From assembly GCA_965279515.1 (NCBI GenBank), contig CBDIID010000003.1:192001-256000 (forward strand): DNA of 64,000 bases, written 5' to 3'. A program made the position numbers and the translations under genes. Below, one piece after another: positions 57,701-64,000 of the stretch (its first letter is position 1; every line of letters begins with the position of its first letter). Origin of the DNA: Turneriella sp. GTDB lineage: Bacteria; Spirochaetota; Leptospiria; Turneriellales; Turneriellaceae. The notes beneath the pieces were generated by a model. It was not told where the DNA came from and searched no databases. It saw nothing but the letters and a program-made list of their open reading frames with translations.

Positions 57701-57857
57701 TCTCTTCTACGTTGGCAGGAAATTCACTCTTGCCATTCCAAAGCTCAAGATCCTTTTTTGCCTCTTCAGGCGATGAGGCCTCTTCAAAGGAGCGAAAGAT
57801 TTTTGTCTTCGTAGTTTCGGCTTCAGGCTCAGTAGTCGTTGTTATCTCGTTTCCCAT
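54777..57857 (-). CDS. actB: Alternative complex III subunit B (molybdopterin-oxidoreductase-like plus Fe-S domain)
   Basis: [10 protein letters not shown]...LAACREP (variant TAT signal plus lipobox), [47 protein letters not shown]. Confidence 0.93.
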   Translation of the reverse strand: MGNEITTTTEPEAETTKTKIFRSFEEASSPEEAKKDLELWNGKSEFPANVEEMIERGMNANLDRKSFLTFMGASISMAALAACREPVEKIVPYVDRPMEYVPGQARYFASTQISARGVTPVLVKTREGKPIKIEGLHTHGVYGGAASADTYASIWDLYDPDRIKAPLKKDGGKLAPAKWDDLIKEAAVALKGNARVLSRSTFSPAEEAARAKLGKTVVYDPTSTLSDIALGNKASFGTATIPAHRFDEADLILAIEADFIGTWLAPELYTKQWAARREPSSGRMNRLVVAEAAMSLTGSNADERLALVAGTHTAFALGLANLLLPGSALAGDGAVRAAVQAYTPAAVAKVTGLAEKQIIELAEELKHFRGKSLVVGGGVNASTLVPGELQIAVNLLNALLGNEGKTVSVKGALRANSDISDASALEALIAEMKAGKVETLVIDRANPVYELPEASGFTSALKNVKNVIFIGDHLNDTAVLATHVLPVSHYLESWSDALSHGSYGIVQPVIRQLFDTLPALEIYGRLTGNTTSAYEQVKKSHAVNAKGQAWNTTLAAGFAIIDAPGAGAARAFKSAALKDVKPSLDPKAGYTLNLIESVGLGDGVGANISFRQELPDAVTKITWDNVLLISPADAKTLNIKTQDLIKLSAGKVAFEVPAFIQPGMRRGSLALAIGFGQSHLGAVGAGVGKNAYALQSYAAGQTSSSGLSVTIEKIGKYDMLASTQRHYEFAVIRGLARQVDLKTYEKAIKEKKHDLLHEHEERPHGGKAKGLYPKHNYEDGYRWNLNIDLNKCTGCSACVMACYSENNIPAVGKAEVNRGREMSWLRIDRYYIYENDAAEKADPDMVSPDVFFQPVMCQHCENAPCENVCPVGATGHSSEGINYMAYNRCIGTRYCSNNCPYKVRRFNWFENWEDKLKDPQQYALNPDVTVRSRGVIEKCSFCQQRISEKRQLAKVESRAVRDGEIQTACQEACSAGAITFGNINSADTQVVKANSNPRSYKILAQINVEPSVKYMVRVKNRSEAKA

Positions 57858-57870
57858 GCTTAGTTCCTTA

Positions 57871-58470
57871 TCAATAATGGCAGGTATTACAGTTGATGTT
57901 CACGCCGTGGTTTTTGTATTCGGCCTCGTTGCGGTAGTCGCGGTGGCAACTGACGCAAAAGCCCATGTTGAGCGATTTTGTCTGCTCAACGACTTTCATT
58001 GTCGAAACATCACCATGGCATGGCATACATGCCGTTTTGGTCGGTTGGCCGTCTTTCAGAAGCTGCTTGATGTGAGGCGCATGCGGAAAGCGCACGTGGT
58101 CAGGCAGGTTGTGGATGCGCACCCATTCGAGTGGCTTCTTGTCTTCATAGAATTTCTTGAGTTTCTTCACGCCGGGCTTATCAGAACCCACGAGAATATG
58201 GCAGTTGATACAGGTGTTCATACTCGGAACCCCCGCTTTTTTGCTCACAGTTACGCCGGTATGGCAATACTGGCAATCAATGCCGTACTGTTCTTTACCG
58301 TCATGTGTCTTCTGTCCTGCGACACCCGCGTGTATATCGTGGCGGTATGCGACCGGTTGCTCGGGCGCAAAGCCAATACGGGCTGGCGGCGCCCAGATAA
58401 TCCATGCGGCTGCCGCTACCAGAAATACGGGAGTTCCGTACTTGATTGCTTTAAAAAGTTTTGGATCCAT
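57871..58470 (-). CDS. actA: Alternative complex III subunit A (pentaheme cytochrome c)
   Basis: Five CxxCH motifs (CQYCH, CINCH, CMPCH, CVSCH, CNTCH), PEQPV, LPDHVRFPH. Confidence 0.92.
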   Translation of the reverse strand: MDPKLFKAIKYGTPVFLVAAAAWIIWAPPARIGFAPEQPVAYRHDIHAGVAGQKTHDGKEQYGIDCQYCHTGVTVSKKAGVPSMNTCINCHILVGSDKPGVKKLKKFYEDKKPLEWVRIHNLPDHVRFPHAPHIKQLLKDGQPTKTACMPCHGDVSTMKVVEQTKSLNMGFCVSCHRDYRNEAEYKNHGVNINCNTCHY

Positions 58471-58492
58471 CGGAACTCCTGAGGTCTTTAAA

Positions 58493-58864
58493 TCAGTTTT
58501 TGCCGCCGAGCTTACGCACGTGTTCAGCTACGGCTGTGATCTCTGCGTCAGTCATTACGCCTTTATAAGGAGCCATACCGGTACCGGGGCTGCCGTTATT
58601 GATGGTCTTCACGACGGTTGCGAGATCAAAACCGAATTTCCATTTGGCATCGGCGAAATTACGTGGTTTGGGTTTCAGCGCTGCGCCTACGGGGCCATCG
58701 CCTTTACCTTGCGCGCCATGGCAGGTTGCGCAGCCTTTTTCGTTGAACAGGGTTTCGCCTGAAATCGCTGCAGGTGCTGCCGCAGTTGCAGTCCCTTCGG
58801 CTTCGGGTTTTTTGCCACAGGCAATAAGTGCTAATGTACTAATAATGAGGATTGTTTTTTTCAT
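58493..58864 (-). CDS. Monoheme cytochrome c lipoprotein heading the act operon
   Basis: MKKTILIISTLALIAC lipobox, CATCHG..GKGDG, PRNF, GSPGTGM; ATG 58864 after GGGAG. Confidence 0.85.
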   Translation of the reverse strand: MKKTILIISTLALIACGKKPEAEGTATAAAPAAISGETLFNEKGCATCHGAQGKGDGPVGAALKPKPRNFADAKWKFGFDLATVVKTINNGSPGTGMAPYKGVMTDAEITAVAEHVRKLGGKN

Positions 58865-58967
58865 AGAGGTTAACTCCCGTGCCAAAACAAACGTTTCGGC
58901 ACTCGGTCTGAGTCTGTACTCGAAATAACGCGTCGATTTTTTTTTGACAAAACGCTGACAAACGGAT

Positions 58968-59285
58968 TTAGCCGTCTGCCGCAAGGTGAGCGCCGAGACC
59001 GCTCTTGCTGAGAACGGTTTTCAACGCCGCTGGCGGATTCTTCACCGCGAACGTGACCGCAGCCGCATCGCAGGTCTTGATCGATTGTAAAACAACGGCT
59101 ATCCCCGCAGAATCGACATGGTTAATCTCTTTAAGGTCGAGGATTATGCCCTTAATACCCGGCTCGATCCATGCCGCGAGTTTTTTCTTAAGCTCAGGGG
59201 CGGTCATAAAGCCCAGCACGCCTTCAGCCTTCGCGGTGATGATTCCGGCGCTGTAAGCCACGTCGAACGAGAGCTTGTCTGCCAT
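58968..59285 (-). CDS. STAS-domain anti-sigma-factor antagonist
   Basis: IILDLKEINHVDSAGIAV with the phosphoacceptor Ser. Confidence 0.85.
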   Translation of the reverse strand: MADKLSFDVAYSAGIITAKAEGVLGFMTAPELKKKLAAWIEPGIKGIILDLKEINHVDSAGIAVVLQSIKTCDAAAVTFAVKNPPAALKTVLSKSGLGAHLAADG

Positions 59286-59288
59286 GGT

Positions 59289-59600
59289 TCAGGATTTCAG
59301 GATCGCCGAAAGCCCCGTCATTTCAAATACCGATTTTAGTGACGTGGGAATATTGATGATATTAAAGATACTGCCCTGTGCAGCGCTCAGTTGAATGATT
59401 TGCAGCAAAGTGCCGATACCCGACGAATCGATGTAGACAACTTTACGCATGTCTAAAATAATGTGGGTCGCACCTGAGCTTAACCAGGCAGTGGAATTCT
59501 GTTTGAATTCGATCGAGGTTGCGAGGTTGAGTGCGCCGTTCATACGAACAGTAAGCACGCCTTTCTCTTCGCTGGTTTCTAATTGGAGTTTATCAAGCAT
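59289..59600 (-). CDS. STAS-domain anti-sigma-factor antagonist
   Basis: IILDMRKVVYIDSSGIG...VFEMTGL; start at ATG 59600. Confidence 0.88.
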   Translation of the reverse strand: MLDKLQLETSEEKGVLTVRMNGALNLATSIEFKQNSTAWLSSGATHIILDMRKVVYIDSSGIGTLLQIIQLSAAQGSIFNIINIPTSLKSVFEMTGLSAILKS

Positions 59601-59698
59601 GGCGCGGTAACGGATAGGTAATCCGTTAGGGGCGTGACTGTAAAGTAAGATACTGTGCAGCCTGTTTCGGATTTCGATTCCTCCCTTAAATAAATCCC

Positions 59699-62440
59699 AT
59701 GAGTAATGAAGCGACGGATAAGAAATCGAAGGAAACGCAGGTGAATCCCTGGCAGCATACCATCCAGCTGCCGCAGACGGTTTACCCAATGCGCGCCGAT
59801 CTGGCGAAGCGTGAAAATGATATTCTTGCCCTCTGGAAAAAAGAAAGCCTCTTTAAGTCCATCAACGCCAAACGCAAGGCAGCGAATGCCCCGCTCTTTT
59901 TGCTCCATGATGGCCCCCCTTATGCCAACGGCGAATTCCATACCGGGCACGGCCTCAATAAGGTCCTGAAAGATATTTTCAATAAGTATAACCTGCTGCG
60001 CGGCAAGCGTGTGCCGTATGTGCCCGGTTGGGATTGCCACGGCCTGCCGATTGAACTCGCCGCAATCAAAAAACTCGCGAACAAAAAAGACGGTTCCGAT
60101 AAAGATCCGATCCGTATCCGCAAGGCTTGCCGCGAGTATGCGGCGCAGTACATTCAGATTCAGGGCGATGACCAGACACGTTTCGGGGTATTCTGGGATG
60201 ATTCGGATGTAAAGACCGCGCCCAATAATGAATCCTCATTGTTCTATGCGACGATGAGCCCCAAATATGAAGCGGCGATTCTCAAGGTTTTTCGCGATCT
60301 TTTCCTGAAAGATTTAATCTATAAAGGCAAGAAGCCCGTGTATTGGGATGCAACGACGGCCTCAGCCCATGCCGAAGCGGAGATTGAATACCAGGAACAC
60401 GAGTCCCCATCAATCTATGTAAAATTTAAAGTGGCGAATGCAGAGAACACATTCGTGGTCATCTGGACGACAACCCCCTGGACGCTGCCTGCAAACCTCG
60501 GCGTCTCATTCAATGAAAGAATCGAATATGTGATTGTTACGACAGAGCAGGGCAAACTCATTCTTGCCAAAGAGCTGGCTGCCAAAGTGCTCGAAGGCGC
60601 AGGTTTAACTGCTTCGGCCGAAACCCCGATTTCTGTCGCCGAAATCCAGAAGCTGGCAGTCCGCCACCCCTTTATTGACCGCGAATCAAAAGTGCTCTTC
60701 GGTGACCACGTGACTGTGGAAGCCGGTACCGGCGTCGTCCACACCGCCCCTGGCCATGGCCAGGATGACTATAATGTCGGCCTCAAATACGGTTTGGATG
60801 TTCTCTCTCCCGTGGACCACCGCGGCCGTTACACCAAGGAATTTGCCGAAATGGAAGGCAAAAGTGTGTTCGAGGCAAATCCCCTCATCATCGAAAAACT
60901 TAAGGGACTGGGCGTGCTGCTCCATGCCTCGACCTTCAAACACCAGTACCCGCATTCCTGGCGTTCGCACAAACCCCTCATCATGCGCGCGACGCCGCAG
61001 TGGTTTCTCAAGATCGATCCCCTGCGCGAAAAGGCGCTCGAAGAGATCAAAAAGGTCGAGTGGATTCCTGAGTGGGGCGAAAGCCGCTTCACTGCCGCCG
61101 TGAAAACCCGCCCTGACTGGTGCTTAAGCCGCCAGCGTTACTGGGGTGTGCCGATTCCCGCCTTCCAGTGCAAAGACTGCGGCCATGTGCACATGGATGA
61201 AGCGACGCTGAATCACGTCATCGCGCGCGTCGAAAAAAGCGGCGTTGAGGTTTGGTACGAAGAAAGTGCCGCAAACCTTCTGCCCGCCGGCACTGTCTGC
61301 AGCGAATGTAAATCCACGAACCTCGAAAAAGAGAGCGATATTCTCGATGTCTGGTTTGACAGCGGAGTCAGCTGGTATGCAGTCCTCAAAGAGAATCCAG
61401 ACCTGGGCTATCCGGCGGATGTCTACCTCGAAGGTTCGGACCAGCACCGTGGCTGGTTTCAATCCTCCCTTTGGCCAGCCTTGGCACTGACCGGCCAGGC
61501 ACCCTTCAGGAAGGTTGTCACGCACGGTTACATTCTCGACCAACAGGGTCGGGCGATGTCGAAATCGCTGGGCAACGGCATGAACCCGCGCACCGACATC
61601 ATCAACAAGTTCGGCGCCGATATTCTGCGCCTGTGGGTGAGCTCCGAAGATTACCGTACCGATAACAAGATCGGCCCCGAGATGTTGGGCCAGCTCGGTG
61701 ACGCCTACCGCAAGATCCGCAACACACTGCGCTATCTTCTCGGTAATACGCAAGATGGCAGGGCCTCGGCTGCGCTCGGCGATCAGGACATTACGCAGAA
61801 GTTGGATTTATGGGTTTTGGCCGAAGCTGACCAGTTGGTGAAACTGGTCACCGAGGCGTATGACAAGTCTGAATTCCACCTTGTTTACCACCGCACCCTG
61901 CAGTTCTGCACGGTGACACTTTCAAACCTCTATCTCGACATGGTGCGCGATTCCCTCTACTGCGACGCCTTAACTGATCCCAAGCGGAAATCCACCCTGC
62001 GCACGCTGCAGATTCTGGTAGAAACTCTTGTCACCATTCTGGCGCCAGTCCTGAGCTTTACGGCTGAAGAGACTCAGCGCGCCTTTAACGCTAAACAAAG
62101 CGTCTTTGAAAACACCTGGCCCGATCTGACGCGTTTCGCCAATGCCAAACTCATCGAAGAGTTCGAGGCGTTAAAGAAGATCCGCGACGAAGTCAATACC
62201 GCTGCCGAGCCGATGCGCAAGGCGGGTGAAGTGGGTTCGAACGCCGAGGTTGAAGTGGAACTTCAACAGGCCGTAGAAGAGGGGACTGCCCTGCGTTTTC
62301 TGGGCGTGTCAGACCTCAAAACCGGTGCCGCTGGCCTTAAGGTGAATAAATCCGCGAAACCCAAATGCCCGCGCTGCTGGCTGCACCGCGACCTGACAGG
62401 CAAGGGACTTTGCGAGCGTTGTTCAGCCGTGGTTGGCTGA
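59699..62440 (+). CDS. ileS: Isoleucyl-tRNA synthetase (type 1)
   Basis: HDGPPYANG..HTGH, GWDCHGLPIE, WTTTPWTLP, EGSDQHRGWF, AMSKS, C-terminal CPRC..CERC. Confidence 0.97.
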   Translation: MSNEATDKKSKETQVNPWQHTIQLPQTVYPMRADLAKRENDILALWKKESLFKSINAKRKAANAPLFLLHDGPPYANGEFHTGHGLNKVLKDIFNKYNLLRGKRVPYVPGWDCHGLPIELAAIKKLANKKDGSDKDPIRIRKACREYAAQYIQIQGDDQTRFGVFWDDSDVKTAPNNESSLFYATMSPKYEAAILKVFRDLFLKDLIYKGKKPVYWDATTASAHAEAEIEYQEHESPSIYVKFKVANAENTFVVIWTTTPWTLPANLGVSFNERIEYVIVTTEQGKLILAKELAAKVLEGAGLTASAETPISVAEIQKLAVRHPFIDRESKVLFGDHVTVEAGTGVVHTAPGHGQDDYNVGLKYGLDVLSPVDHRGRYTKEFAEMEGKSVFEANPLIIEKLKGLGVLLHASTFKHQYPHSWRSHKPLIMRATPQWFLKIDPLREKALEEIKKVEWIPEWGESRFTAAVKTRPDWCLSRQRYWGVPIPAFQCKDCGHVHMDEATLNHVIARVEKSGVEVWYEESAANLLPAGTVCSECKSTNLEKESDILDVWFDSGVSWYAVLKENPDLGYPADVYLEGSDQHRGWFQSSLWPALALTGQAPFRKVVTHGYILDQQGRAMSKSLGNGMNPRTDIINKFGADILRLWVSSEDYRTDNKIGPEMLGQLGDAYRKIRNTLRYLLGNTQDGRASAALGDQDITQKLDLWVLAEADQLVKLVTEAYDKSEFHLVYHRTLQFCTVTLSNLYLDMVRDSLYCDALTDPKRKSTLRTLQILVETLVTILAPVLSFTAEETQRAFNAKQSVFENTWPDLTRFANAKLIEEFEALKKIRDEVNTAAEPMRKAGEVGSNAEVEVELQQAVEEGTALRFLGVSDLKTGAAGLKVNKSAKPKCPRCWLHRDLTGKGLCERCSAVVG

Positions 62441-62485
62441 TTCGCGTCATCCCCGATTTCAACTTAATGTGGAAAATTTTCATGC

Positions 62486-62572
62486 ACCGCAGAGGACGCA
62501 AAGTTGCGCGAAGTTAAGAGGGGCGATAAAGTCAAGTTCCTGTGCTTTGCGTAACTCTGCGTCCTTTGCGGT
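62486..62572. repeat. REP-like imperfect inverted repeat (28-bp arms)
   Basis: ACCGCAGAGGACGCAAAGTTGCGCGAAG (62486-62513) pairs with CTTTGCGTAACTCTGCGTCCTTTGCGGT (62545-62572) at 24/28 positions. Confidence 0.8.
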
Positions 62573-62617
62573 TAATATTCGCAAGCCATCAATTACAGGC
62601 GACTAGCTTGGTGTTGC

Positions 62618-63028
62618 CTATAAATCCTTACTTTCTTTCTGCATGATCAGCGCGACGGCGGCCAGGGTACGGCTGCGCAGCAGCGTGCTGCTTATGCCAT
62701 GCGTGCGCGGCAAGATGGCGAGGCGGCTTTCGGTGATCTTGTTTGAGTTGTCATGGCCATGTACTAAAAGATCGATCTTGTGCTGGTCGAGAAAAGACTC
62801 TTCAATCAGCCAGGGGCTGGGCACAACTTCATCGACATAGCGCAGTGCCTCGAGCACTTCTTTGCGCTCTTCGAAGCGCAACTCGGGGTCATAACCTTTT
62901 TTTGTACGGATTTCATCGTCGGTCGTGAGCGCCACGATGACATGGCCGAGTTCCTTGGCTTTTTTCAGGAGCCGCACATGCCCGTGGTGTATAAGGGTCG
63001 CAGACATATCGACCATGATTCGCTTCAT
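62618..63028 (-). CDS. Cytidylyltransferase-like nucleotidyltransferase (TagD-like)
   Basis: DMSATLIHHGH, ER...LEALRYVDEV, VHGHD, RTHGISST; start at ATG 63028. Confidence 0.85.
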   Translation of the reverse strand: MKRIMVDMSATLIHHGHVRLLKKAKELGHVIVALTTDDEIRTKKGYDPELRFEERKEVLEALRYVDEVVPSPWLIEESFLDQHKIDLLVHGHDNSNKITESRLAILPRTHGISSTLLRSRTLAAVALIMQKESKDL

Positions 63029-63069
63029 GGTGCAGCTTGAGGCGTAATATGAGCGGTAAAGGAATTTCA

Positions 63070-63105
63070 TTGACATTATGACCTATATGACCCAATCAGT
63101 CATAT
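63070..63105 (+). promoter_or_regulatory. Promoter/operator of the phd-vapC operon
   Basis: TTGACA at 63070-75; TATGACC twice (63077, 63086); ATATGAC-N7-GTCATAT overlaps the ATG. Confidence 0.6.
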
Positions 63106-63347
63106 GGACGCAACAGCTCCGGTATCAGAGTTCAAGGCACATTTGAGTCAGTATCTGCGTAGCGTGCAAAATGGCAGCGAACTCATCATCCTCGATCACA
63201 ACCGGCCCATTGCCAGGGTTGTGCCGATCGCATCAGAAAACATGCCAGAGAAGCTTACGATTATTCCCGCCAAGACGAAGAAACTTGTAGATATGAAGTT
63301 AAAAATTAAGCTTGATGTAGATCCGGCGCAGTATGTGATTGAAGATC

Positions 63348-63367
<20 letters not shown>
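63104..63367 (+). CDS. Phd/YefM family antitoxin
   Basis: VSEFKAHLSQYLRSVQNG..LIILDHNRPIARVVP. Confidence 0.9.

Positions 63368-64000
<633 letters not shown>

Noticed and set aside
59629..59698. T-box leader before ileS
   Set aside because: The spacer is too short and has no T-box consensus.
59601..59789. 5' extension of the STAS ORF (also the extensions of 58984 and 63076)
   Set aside because: They overlap promoters or neighbouring genes; the domains start at later ATGs.
59699..62440. IleRS HTGH/AMSKS motifs as a sign of mupirocin resistance
   Set aside because: HxGH order is canonical, the catalytic second Lys is kept, and the enzyme is type 1.

Overview
Ordinary chromosomal DNA from a diderm bacterium of moderate GC. 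An OmpL1-like porin, a FadL-like transporter, the alternative complex III layout, very short leaders and many signalling genes suggest a free-living Leptospiraceae spirochaete (Turneriella-like); this is inference, not a database match. The window holds about 57 CDS and one tRNA-Gly(TCC); I saw no rRNA, CRISPR array, transposase or prophage. Housekeeping genes include murG, ruvX/yqgF, hpt, sucB, glyA, lepB, mpl, dprA, ribE, ileS and a partial metG, plus an alternative complex III operon (actA-F). The accessory block at about 9.6-29 kb contains a thioester alpha-2-macroglobulin, an RHH/Doc toxin-antitoxin pair, a 10-kb transglutaminase / DUF2126 / circularly permuted ATP-grasp / alpha-E cluster without an Anbu peptidase, a YkuI-like EAL protein and an AT-richer glycosyltransferase islet. 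Best leads: (1) both sub-operons of the ATP-grasp cluster, and a secreted phosphatase-fold gene, sit behind sigma54-type -24/-12 sites; (2) a CCA-enzyme paralogue with a degenerate nucleotidyltransferase head but an intact HD domain; (3) a PP2C phosphatase fused to a VUT/YhhQ transporter-like membrane domain; (4) a CCA-less tRNA ending 2 nt before the ribE start codon; (5) a signal peptidase I with a four-Cys insertion. All family calls come from motif recognition by eye; no searches were run.
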